Shown here: positions 39,247 to 47,640 of the stretch, piece by piece | Position numbering within the stretch: the first letter of the stretch is position 1 | Layout: each line of letters opens with the position of its first letter | Assembly (NCBI GenBank): GCA_963729895.1 | Contig: CAVSQB010000015.1 | Coordinates: 1-64,000, forward strand | Origin: an uncultured Fibrobacterota bacterium | GTDB taxonomy: Bacteria; Fibrobacterota; Chitinivibrionia; Chitinivibrionales; FEN-1185 | DNA length: 64,000 nt | Reading direction: 5' to 3' | Program-made: the position numbers and the translations under genes | Notes under the pieces: model-generated | The model's input: only the letters and a program-made list of their open reading frames with translations | What the model was told of the DNA's origin: nothing | Databases searched by the model: none

Positions 39247-39576
39247 TTAGAATGTGGGAGTTGAGACCGGGGGAGCACGGCTATGGTAAGATTGGGTGCG
39301 TCGGAGGACATTCGGCCTCGCATGAGCATCATTTAACTCAGTCCACGACAACAGGAAGATGGCGATGAAGAATATGACGGCAACTTCAACGGGTTGATTT
39401 TGGGCCATGCAGAGAGCACAATCGGAGTGTTCGAGCCCATCATCATGATGATGGAGCGGAAGCAGGCCACCGAGATAAAAGCAAAGGAGGAGTGCGAGAA
39501 GCATGCAGGCGCGTTTGGACACATTCTGACCGAAGAATCTTTTGATGGAAAGAGGACTTTCTACCATAGGGGACAT
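39247..39576 (-). CDS. DUF2946/CutF-like leader protein (signal/TM, HHH..H..CxxC, C-terminal RAPP); start uncertain
   Basis: KRACMLLALLLCFYLGGLLPLHHHDDGLEHSDCALC...YHSRAPPVSTPTF. First ORF of the metal-uptake gene run. Confidence 0.75.
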   Translation of the reverse strand: MSPMVESPLSIKRFFGQNVSKRACMLLALLLCFYLGGLLPLHHHDDGLEHSDCALCMAQNQPVEVAVIFFIAIFLLSWTELNDAHARPNVLRRTQSYHSRAPPVSTPTF

Positions 39577-40035
39577 TTCTTTGCAACGGGCTGCCGGCAC
39601 CCAACGGACTCTGGACACTATTAAATACATAATTCGATTCGGGAATTGGTTTATTTGAGAAACTTATGGTGCATAGCCACGTCTTTATCCCGCAAATTGG
39701 ATACCAACCCTCCTCACCCGACATGCAATGACGTGCCATGTCGTCGCACCGTGGGCGCCGTACCGAACACATAAACAGTGAGAACGCGCATTCCCAATAA
39801 TGGAAAAGGCACCGCCGGTTTTGCGAATCGAAGCTCCCCCTTCAACCTACCCTTTCCATGTCCTCCGCCTTGCGGGCACGGCGATTGCATCTTACGGCTG
39901 TCTCAACGCAAGGGCGCCGCAAGCTCTCGTCACAGCGCTGCCCGATCTTCTTGCGGCGTCGTCGTTTGTTGTCTATTTTGCAAAGAGGCTGAGAAAGACG
40001 TAACCCTCGCTCCCTAAACCCGCACGGATGTGTGC

Positions 40036-41340
40036 ATGACGCGAAGCAAGCCCCGGCCGGCCTCGAACGCCTTTTCCGACGCGCGCACGGTTGCGGCGGC
40101 CGACAGTGCCCTTGACGGACGCGGCAAGACCGGCCTGCGCCGTCTTCTTCCTTTCCTGGGCCCGGCGTTTATCGCCAGCATCGCCTACATCGATCCCGGT
40201 AACTTTGCCACCAATATCCAGGCCGGTTCGGAATTCGGATACCTGCTTTTGTGGGTTGTGGTTGCAAGCAACCTCATGGCAATGCTCATCCAGACACTGT
40301 CGGCAAAACTCGGAATAGCTACGGGCAGGAACCTGGCTGAACTGTGCAGGGAGCGATTCGGACGCAGGCTGGTTCTGTTCATGTGGATCCTCATGGAAGT
40401 GGTTGCCATGGCAACCGACCTTGCGGAATTCATCGGTGCGGCGGTCGGGTTCAACTTACTTTTCGGCGTACCGCTGCTGTGGGGCGGCGCGCTTGCCGCA
40501 ATCGCCACCTTCCTGATCCTCGGCCTGGAGCGGTTCGGTTTTCGCCCGCTTGAGGCGGTTATCACAGCCATGGTGGGCGTGATCGCCGCATGTTACCTGG
40601 TCGAAACGATTCTTGACGTACCGGATTTCGGCGCGGTGTTCCTCCACGCGGTGACGCCGAAGTTTTCCGGCCGGGAAAGCGTTCTCCTGGCGACCGGAAT
40701 CCTGGGCGCAACGGTCATGCCGCACGCGATATTCCTGCACTCCGCGCTTACCCAGGGAAGGATCGTGGTGAAAGACCCCGCAAGGATGCGGCGTCTGTTC
40801 GGGTTCGAGATTGCCGACGTGACAATTGCAATGACCATTGCGGGCCTTGTCAATATGGCAATGTTGATCATGGCCGCGGCAACGTTCCACCGGCACGGGT
40901 TCACCTCGGTTGCAACCATCCAGGATGCGCACAGGACGCTCCAGCCCTTGCTCGGAAAAGCCGCGGGCTTCTTCTTTGCAGTGTCGCTCCTCGCGTCAGG
41001 GCTCTCATCGTCCACGGTCGGCACAAGCGCAGGCCAGGTCATCATGCAGGGGTTTGTAAAACGCAGGATCCCGGTGTGGGTGCGAAGGCTTGTCACCACG
41101 GCGCCGTCGCTTGCCGTTATCGCAATCGGGCTCGACCCTACGCGCACCCTTGTCATCAGTCAAGTCGTGCTCAGTTTCGGCCTGCCCTTCGCCCTGGTGC
41201 CGCTGCTCTTGTTTACCGCCAATAAATCGCTGATGGGCCCGCTTACGAACCGCCGGCCCACCACGGCGCTCATGACGCTGATTACGTGCGCCGTGATAGC
41301 GCTCAACGCGTTTCTCGTACTCCTTATCATACGGGGATAA
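40036..41340 (+). CDS. mntH: Nramp-family divalent metal transporter
   Basis: AYIDPGNFATN, GATVMPHAIFLHS, AGQVIMQGF and SQVVLSFGLPF motifs. Confidence 0.95.
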   Translation: MTRSKPRPASNAFSDARTVAAADSALDGRGKTGLRRLLPFLGPAFIASIAYIDPGNFATNIQAGSEFGYLLLWVVVASNLMAMLIQTLSAKLGIATGRNLAELCRERFGRRLVLFMWILMEVVAMATDLAEFIGAAVGFNLLFGVPLLWGGALAAIATFLILGLERFGFRPLEAVITAMVGVIAACYLVETILDVPDFGAVFLHAVTPKFSGRESVLLATGILGATVMPHAIFLHSALTQGRIVVKDPARMRRLFGFEIADVTIAMTIAGLVNMAMLIMAAATFHRHGFTSVATIQDAHRTLQPLLGKAAGFFFAVSLLASGLSSSTVGTSAGQVIMQGFVKRRIPVWVRRLVTTAPSLAVIAIGLDPTRTLVISQVVLSFGLPFALVPLLLFTANKSLMGPLTNRRPTTALMTLITCAVIALNAFLVLLIIRG

Positions 41341-41344
41341 TGCC

Positions 41345-42244
41345 ATGTTCAAACACATTCTCGTCCCGCTTGACGGGTCCAAACTGGCGGAGGCAGCGCT
41401 GCCCGCGGCCCGGTTTTTCGGCCGGTGTTTCGGCGCGCGAGTCTCCCTCGTGCACCTTATAGAAAAAGGCCGCCCGCAAACCGTTCACGAGCAGCCGCAT
41501 TTGCACGACGAGAAAGAGGCGGCCGCCTACCTTGCGGCAACGGCTTCCTCATTCCCTCCGGGAATGCCCGTGGATTGCCACGTGCACCGCGAAGAGGTGC
41601 GTCACGTGGCCCGCAGCATCGTTGAACACTGCATGACCGAGCTTCGTTCCGATCTTGTCATAATGTGCACACACGGCGACGACGGCACGCGCCGGTTTCT
41701 TTCCGGCGCCATTTCGCAACAGGTGATCGCGCGGGGCACGGTGCCGGTGCTCGCGGTCCACGCGGGCGCAGATCCTTCGCGCGAGTTTACGTGCGGGAAG
41801 ATCCTCGCGCCCGTCGGCGGCCAACGCGACCATGGCGACGTTCTCGGTTCCGCCCGGCAATTCGCCCTCTGTTGCCGCGCAACCGTGCGTCTTGTTTCCG
41901 TTGTTCCCACGTTCGACACAATCCCGGGAACATGGTTTCAGGTCGGCCGCCTTTTGCCCGGCACAACGGGGGAGATGCTCGACATAGAAGCGGATGAAAT
42001 GTCCGGCTTGCTCATGAATCAGGCGGACTCTCTCCGCGCGGCGGGCGTCGGCGTTGAATGCACGGTTCTTCGCGGCGACCCGGGCCTCCTGATTGCACTT
42101 GACGCAGAAGAATCAGGCTGCTCCATAATCGTGATGGCCACCCACGGTAAATCGGGCATGTCGGCGCTCTGGGACGGCAGCGTCGCTCCCAAAGTGTTTG
42201 CGGAGAGCAAAAAGCCGATTCTGCTGCTGCCGGTTGAAAAATGA
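41345..42244 (+). CDS. Tandem universal stress protein
   Basis: FKHILVPLDGS, DLVIMCTHG, a second domain with IVMATHGKSG..GSVA. Confidence 0.92.
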   Translation: MFKHILVPLDGSKLAEAALPAARFFGRCFGARVSLVHLIEKGRPQTVHEQPHLHDEKEAAAYLAATASSFPPGMPVDCHVHREEVRHVARSIVEHCMTELRSDLVIMCTHGDDGTRRFLSGAISQQVIARGTVPVLAVHAGADPSREFTCGKILAPVGGQRDHGDVLGSARQFALCCRATVRLVSVVPTFDTIPGTWFQVGRLLPGTTGEMLDIEADEMSGLLMNQADSLRAAGVGVECTVLRGDPGLLIALDAEESGCSIIVMATHGKSGMSALWDGSVAPKVFAESKKPILLLPVEK

Positions 42245-42383
42245 AGGAATTGAGCACAACATTGTGCCCCATGCCAAGAGGGCGTGGTCTATTTTAAAGA
42301 AACCACCGCAAGCGGTCACAGCTCTGCTCATGACCCGTCCGGTTTCGAGACACCAACGATCCAACAGCAAGGATAAGTGCGCA

Positions 42384-43016
42384 ATGGGTCTCTTGTCGCT
42401 TTTGTTTAGAAATCCCGTCGAATTTGCAATCGTTGCTCTCGCGCTGTTGTACTCCATCATTGCGCACGAGGTTGCGCACGGCTGGGTGGCATCACTCTTT
42501 GGTGATGACACGGCGCGGCTCCACGGCAGGCTCACGCTTAATCCTCTCCCGCATATCGATCCGGTTGGAGCAATTATGCTGCTCGTGGCCGGGTTCGGAT
42601 GGGCAAAACCGGTCCCCGTCAATTATCGCAGGTTCGAGAGTTTCCGTGTCGGCATTATCTCGGTCGCGCTGGCGGGATGCGTCACGAATATTCTCATTGC
42701 GGCCGCGGCGATGGTCGTGCTGCAATTCTTTGCAGTCCAAATGAATGCGGGGCTTACCGAGACCTTCGCCACCATCGCCCGGATCAACATTATCCTCGGT
42801 GCGTTCAACCTGATCCCCATCCCGCCGCTTGACGGATCGAGAGTGCTCATGGCATTCCTTCCTCAAGAGATGCAGTACTCGCTTGCACGGATCGAGCCGT
42901 ACGGTTTTTTCATCCTTATCGCGCTTCTTTTCACCGGCCTTCTTAATCCCGTGATTTCCTTCATGCAGAACGCAATATTCGCCCTTATCAGCATTCCGTT
43001 TTCATTGTTCAGATGA
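42384..43016 (+). CDS. Site-2 protease (M50 family)
   Basis: HEVAH, GRLTLNPLPHID, GWAKPVP and FNLIPIPPLDGS motifs. Confidence 0.93.
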   Translation: MGLLSLLFRNPVEFAIVALALLYSIIAHEVAHGWVASLFGDDTARLHGRLTLNPLPHIDPVGAIMLLVAGFGWAKPVPVNYRRFESFRVGIISVALAGCVTNILIAAAAMVVLQFFAVQMNAGLTETFATIARINIILGAFNLIPIPPLDGSRVLMAFLPQEMQYSLARIEPYGFFILIALLFTGLLNPVISFMQNAIFALISIPFSLFR

Positions 43017-43063
43017 TGCGGCGCCATTGCGCGCCGAGTCAACTCTCTGGATTGAACTGAAAT

Positions 43064-43079
43064 TGGCACGGTTATTGAT
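43064..43079 (+). promoter_or_regulatory. Possible sigma54 -24/-12 promoter
   Basis: TGGCACGGTTATTGAT (GG-N10-GA instead of GC), about 30 nt upstream of the Rieske gene. Confidence 0.4.
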
Positions 43080-43107
43080 CTTTTAGGTCCCAACAAAAGG
43101 AGGTCCT

Positions 43108-43569
43108 ATGGGCAAAGGCATGGTTACCAGACGCGAGTTCCTCGTTGACGTTGGAAAAACAGCGCTTGCAACTGCGGTTGTGGCGCCTCTTGTGGGGTTT
43201 GAGGCTCAGGCATCGAGCGGTAAAGCGCCGCTTCCGATGCAGCCGATTACAATAGACTTGACAAAACAGGAATATGCGGCTCTTGCCCAGACTGGCGGCG
43301 CCGTAAAGATCCCAAATCCGAACGACAAAAAGAGACCGATTATCGTGAGCAGAATATCCGACACCGGCGTTGCCGCCTTCTCTTCCAAGTGCACCCATTT
43401 TGGGTGCGAAGTCCCTCTGCCCGTAAACGGCGTAATCAAATGCCCGTGCCACGGCTCATTGTTCGATGCGTCGGGCAAGGTCACTCATGGGCCGGCAAAG
43501 AGGGATCTTGCCGCCTTTTCCGCGACTTTGGACGGATCGACCGTCACCATTAAAGAAATGGCCATGTAA
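43108..43569 (+). CDS. Tat-exported Rieske [2Fe-2S] protein
   Basis: TRREFL twin-arginine signal, CTHFGC and CPCHGSLF boxes, GPA motif. Confidence 0.93.
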   Translation: MGKGMVTRREFLVDVGKTALATAVVAPLVGFEAQASSGKAPLPMQPITIDLTKQEYAALAQTGGAVKIPNPNDKKRPIIVSRISDTGVAAFSSKCTHFGCEVPLPVNGVIKCPCHGSLFDASGKVTHGPAKRDLAAFSATLDGSTVTIKEMAM

Positions 43570-43598
43570 AATTCTTCAATGTTGTGACAAATAAAATC

Positions 43599-43642
43599 TC
43601 GTGACGGACGCAATTGCTTTTTGCAACGTCCGTCACGATTTT
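43599..43642 (+). terminator. Hairpin, probable intrinsic terminator
   Basis: 12-bp stem TCGTGACGGACG/CGTCCGTCACGA followed by TTTT. Confidence 0.55.
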
Positions 43643-43915
43643 GTATGTGCTTTGTTGTTTGCCCCCCAAGTGCATGCGGGTCATGCGTCAACGCGGCGCA
43701 TGCCCAAAGTAAGCCTTGGTGCGTGCCGAACCCAGGGACGCCGCAAAAATGGCTCTTCAACAGCCTGTCGGTTCCGCGAGTTCAATTTCGAAAAAACAAT
43801 TCCTGAAAATGGGAAACGCTCGTCTTATTATTTCACAGTCCCGGGCATAAGGATTGCTGCACCAATGGACATCTCAAGGGCGTAACAAGGTACCCGTTGT
43901 CTTCATCGAAAGGCT

Positions 43916-44626
43916 ATGGCAATCATGAAGAACATGCATTTCACTGTCGCCATGTGCGTCTGCTTGTTCATCTGTGTGAATTGCGCTTTCGCGCAAGATA
44001 CTGCAACAATCCTCCGGAAGATCGCGGACGCGTACGGCGTTTCTTCTTTTTCCTCTGTTTCTAAAATCAAGTTCACCTTTCATGTGGTGCGCGACACGGT
44101 CCGGGTAAGCAGGTCGTGGCTGTGGGAGCCGAAATCGAACCGCGTCACCCTGGAAAATCCGCCGAAACAGGACAAACCGGTTTCTTACGTGAGGCCGAAT
44201 CCGGGCGACAGCGTTTCCGCCGAAATCCGAACGGTTGATTGGATGTTTGTCAACGACCAGTACTGGCTCATGTTCCCATTCCACCTGGTGTGGGATTCGA
44301 TGGCAACGGTGGAGGTGAAGGAGCGTCAGCCTCTGCCCATTGGCGCCGGAAGCGCAACCCGGGTGACGGTATCGTATCCGAAACAGGGTGGCTACACGCC
44401 TGGTGACGCATACGAACTGTTTATCGACAAGAATTACCGTATACGCCAGTGGCGCTATATGCGCGGCGGGGAAAAACAGATGGCTCTCGCCGAATGGAAG
44501 AAAAATGCCTCAGCCGGACCCGTAAAATTCTCACTTGACCGGCCGGGCGCAAACGGATTTAGAGTCTGGTTTACCAACGTAGCCGTTGTTGTTGATAATT
44601 CAGATAATTGGATTTCCGCGCACTGA
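43916..44626 (+). CDS. Hypothetical secreted protein
   Basis: Signal peptide ending AFA, AYG..., FVNDQYWLMFPFHL and GGYTPGDAY. Lipoprotein-carrier-like beta fold suspected. Confidence 0.75.
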   Translation: MAIMKNMHFTVAMCVCLFICVNCAFAQDTATILRKIADAYGVSSFSSVSKIKFTFHVVRDTVRVSRSWLWEPKSNRVTLENPPKQDKPVSYVRPNPGDSVSAEIRTVDWMFVNDQYWLMFPFHLVWDSMATVEVKERQPLPIGAGSATRVTVSYPKQGGYTPGDAYELFIDKNYRIRQWRYMRGGEKQMALAEWKKNASAGPVKFSLDRPGANGFRVWFTNVAVVVDNSDNWISAH

Positions 44627-44771
44627 AGGTCCGGCGCGTTGAGAGCCGGTTACGCCTTTCCAGACATCCCCGCAACTCCTCTGCAGACGAGCGCTCGCGG
44701 CTTTGAATAACGCAACCCATCGCCCTGGTTTCAATCCGGTTGTCAGCGTTTGATGAGTGTCCGCACAAAGC

Positions 44772-45410
44772 CTACCGCGCCTGGCCTGCAGTCTTTTCGC
44801 TCCCATTGCCGGTGATGGTCCCGATAATCGCGTTCACAATTCTTTTGCCGTTTTGCAAGGTGTACCGTACATTCACGGAGACAAAGTTCCGGAGTTCCCC
44901 AAGCGTGGACATTCTGTTCCCCGCCCTGATGACGGCGGACTTATCGAGGGCAAAGGTATCTTCCCGTTCCGTGGAAGCGGTTATGATCATGGTGTTTCCC
45001 GCATCATCAATGGACCGGATTGTCCCTTCCGCCACAACCATGTTGTCGCCTTGCACGATTGCCGGCGGGGTCTCCTGCCACGGTTTGGGCATTGCAACAA
45101 TCTCGGCAGCGAGTTTTATTCCCTTCACCGGTGCGTATTTCACACGGACGGGGGAACCGGGAGCGAGGTCTTTCACCGTTGAAAGCTTCTGCCCGGGGCT
45201 GGTCACCGAGGCATTGCCCACGGCAAAAGTATCCTTCCGTTCGATCCTTGCTCTGAGGACGATCACGGAGCCCATCGCATCTACCGACACGATGCGCCCT
45301 TCCGAAATGAGCACGGGCTCACTTTCGTTCCCCCAGACGTCCGTTTCACAGGAAAGGAGGGTCGCCGCCATGACGACCGCCGCCAACGGGGCATGAATGA
45401 GGTTGTTCAT
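44772..45410 (-). CDS. Lipoprotein with two OB-fold-like (DUF5666-like) repeats
   Basis: LLSC lipobox. Repeats EG.I.S.D..G...DTF....A.....V.V.Y. Confidence 0.65.
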   Translation of the reverse strand: MNNLIHAPLAAVVMAATLLSCETDVWGNESEPVLISEGRIVSVDAMGSVIVLRARIERKDTFAVGNASVTSPGQKLSTVKDLAPGSPVRVKYAPVKGIKLAAEIVAMPKPWQETPPAIVQGDNMVVAEGTIRSIDDAGNTMIITASTEREDTFALDKSAVIRAGNRMSTLGELRNFVSVNVRYTLQNGKRIVNAIIGTITGNGSEKTAGQAR

Positions 45411-45661
45411 TGGGCCATCTCCCTGTTTACATTTTCTCTTTCATCAACTTGCACCTACCTGTGCGTTGTCTCTTTGTTTTAAGCAGCAATCCGCGTTCCA
45501 AGGCCCGCTTCCCGGCAATCATGGCAGGCGGTCACATGGACTTACAGTACCTGCGGCCATGATACTCTTAAATTTGCTTTTGCACCGGAGTTGGGAAAAC
45601 AATTATCATCCTGATTTTGCCTGTCCATGTGCACGACTCTGGTTTGGCATGTCACTTTGTC

Positions 45662-45677
45662 AGGCACACCATTTGCG
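45662..45677 (+). promoter_or_regulatory. Possible sigma54 -24/-12 promoter
   Basis: AGGCACACCATTTGCG (GG-N10-GC), about 95 nt upstream of the small ORF at 45772. Confidence 0.45.
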
Positions 45678-45771
45678 AGCTAATACCGGCGGCGAAAAGG
45701 CTGGTAGCGTTTCTCGTTTTTGAGAAATCACTGCCTCTATCTATCCACCACTCAAAACAAAGGAGAAATTC

Positions 45772-45948
45772 ATGGCCACAGAAACGCTCGATCGCGAAAA
45801 AGTAGCTCAGCGCGCGTATCAAATCTATGTGGAGCGCGGCAAGAAGCCGGGCTCGGATTTTGATGATTGGGTCAGGGCAGAAAAAGAAATACTTGGGCAA
45901 AGTAACGCAAAGAAAGTCTTTCCCAAGAAGAAGTCGTTTTCCAACTAG
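45772..45948 (+). CDS. DUF2934-family small protein (58 aa; absent from the ORF track)
   Basis: AAGGAG RBS. Translation MATETLDREKVAQRAYQIYVERGKKPGSDFDDWVRAEKEILGQSNAKKVFPKKKSFSN has the RAY..Y..RG...DW..AE pattern. Confidence 0.88.
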   Translation: MATETLDREKVAQRAYQIYVERGKKPGSDFDDWVRAEKEILGQSNAKKVFPKKKSFSN

Positions 45949-45971
45949 TTAAACATCTTCCTCTGAGTCGC

Positions 45972-46000
45972 AAGGCCCCTGGTTAATGGGGGCCTTTTTG
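45972..46000 (+). terminator. Intrinsic terminator
   Basis: AAGGCCCC...GGGGCCTT stem followed by a T-run. Confidence 0.75.
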
Positions 46001-46256
46001 CGTTTAGGATTGATTGCAATCGTTCCCGAATGCTGGGAAGGCAAGAAAACTTTTGCCGAAGCCTCCCATACGAATGTATGTTATTCTTCGGGTGATCGTC
46101 AAACCCTCCGCCCCATCCCGCAGTGCATCAACAAGCGCACTGCAATCCCAAGAGAGGTCAATTGCCATGGATCTCGGCCACGGGAAACCCTTTTTGATTC
46201 ACTAATATTCGCATGCGCGATAAGTTTCTATCGTCCGGCAACCGAATCGGGGCACA

Positions 46257-47549
46257 ATGTCTTTAAAGTCAACTTTCAGGGCGTTACAATACCGGAACTA
46301 CAGGCTGTTCTTTCTCGGACAAGGTACATCCTTGATAGGCACCTGGATGCAACGCGTAGCCACAAGCTGGCTGGTATATCGTCTTACCGGGTCTGCGGTC
46401 ATGCTCGGAGTGGTCGGGTTTGTGAGCCAGATCCCCACTTTCATGCTGTCTCCTATTGGCGGAGTGGCAGCCGACAGGTGGAATAAGAAAACCATTTTTC
46501 TGGTTACCCAGATTCTTGCAGCGGCGCAGGCTCTTCTCCTGGCAGTGCTTGTCATAAGAGGCGCTGTTACGGTCCAATGGATTATTGCCCTCAATATCGT
46601 TTTGGGAGTAATCAACGCATTTGACACCACGGCACGCCAGTCTTTTGTCGTTGAAATGATTGAGAGAAAGGAAGATCTCGGCAATGCCATCGCGTTGAAT
46701 TCGTCTATGGTGAACGGGGCCCGGTTGGTGGGCCCTTCAATCACCGGAATCTTGATTGCTTCCGTCGGCGAGGGAATTTGTTTTCTCATCAACAGCATAA
46801 GTTATTTGGTTGTTATCATAGCCCTTATCGTCATGAAGATCCCGGCAAAGAAAAGGGAACCCAAGAATACGCGCATGCTGCATGACTTCAGGGAAGGATT
46901 TGCATACGTCTACAGGTCGGTTTCGATGCGCTCGATCATACTCCTGCTGGCGCTGGTGAGCCTTCTGGGAATGCCCTATCAGGTATTGATGCCCGTATTT
47001 GCAAAACAGGTGCTTGGAGGCGGCCCTCACACGCTCGGATTTCTCATGGGAGCTGCGGGTTTCGGAGCTTTGTGCGGTGCGATATATCTTGCTTCAAGAA
47101 AAAGCAGCCAGAACGTATGGAAATTGATACCTGCTTCCGCTTGCCTGTTCGGGATAGGATTGATCGCATTTTCGTTTTCAAGAGTCTTATGGCTTTCCCT
47201 GCCGCTTATGTCATGCGCGGGTTGCGGGATGATGATACAAATGGCTTCAAGCAATACCTCGCTTCAGATCTTGGTGGATGACGACAAAAGAGGACGCGTG
47301 ATGGCGTTCTATGCAATGGCCTTCATGGGAATGGCTCCTTTTGGCAGTTTGCTTGCAGGCAGCCTTGCCGGATTGATAGGGGCGCCGCATACCTTGACGA
47401 TCGGGGGAATGCTGTGCATTCTCGGCGGATTGGCGTTCTACAGAAATATCGTTGTGTCCGGGGACGTCGTGAGGCCGCCTGAAGCGGCTATCACTCCGGA
47501 AATAGCCACCGGAATCGAATCTTCTGAAGAAGTTACGGAGTCGCTGTAG
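46257..47549 (+). CDS. MFS transporter
   Basis: RNYRLFF.GQ..S..GTWMQ, GVAADRW.KK, NAIALNS and DDKRGRVM motifs, about 12 TM helices. Confidence 0.93.
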   Translation: MSLKSTFRALQYRNYRLFFLGQGTSLIGTWMQRVATSWLVYRLTGSAVMLGVVGFVSQIPTFMLSPIGGVAADRWNKKTIFLVTQILAAAQALLLAVLVIRGAVTVQWIIALNIVLGVINAFDTTARQSFVVEMIERKEDLGNAIALNSSMVNGARLVGPSITGILIASVGEGICFLINSISYLVVIIALIVMKIPAKKREPKNTRMLHDFREGFAYVYRSVSMRSIILLLALVSLLGMPYQVLMPVFAKQVLGGGPHTLGFLMGAAGFGALCGAIYLASRKSSQNVWKLIPASACLFGIGLIAFSFSRVLWLSLPLMSCAGCGMMIQMASSNTSLQILVDDDKRGRVMAFYAMAFMGMAPFGSLLAGSLAGLIGAPHTLTIGGMLCILGGLAFYRNIVVSGDVVRPPEAAITPEIATGIESSEEVTESL

Positions 47550-47640
47550 TGGCTTCCATGCAGGACGCCGGAAAAAATCCCGAAAGGTTTGGTTCTGGCT
47601 GTCCCAATTACCCAAACATTGACTTATCGTAACAATCCCC

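Noticed and set aside
39778..40017. Small ORFs upstream of mntH
   Set aside because: No RBS or motif support.
43750..43770. TTCAACAGCCTG, resembling an IS terminal repeat
   Set aside because: No partner end, target duplication or transposase remnant is visible.
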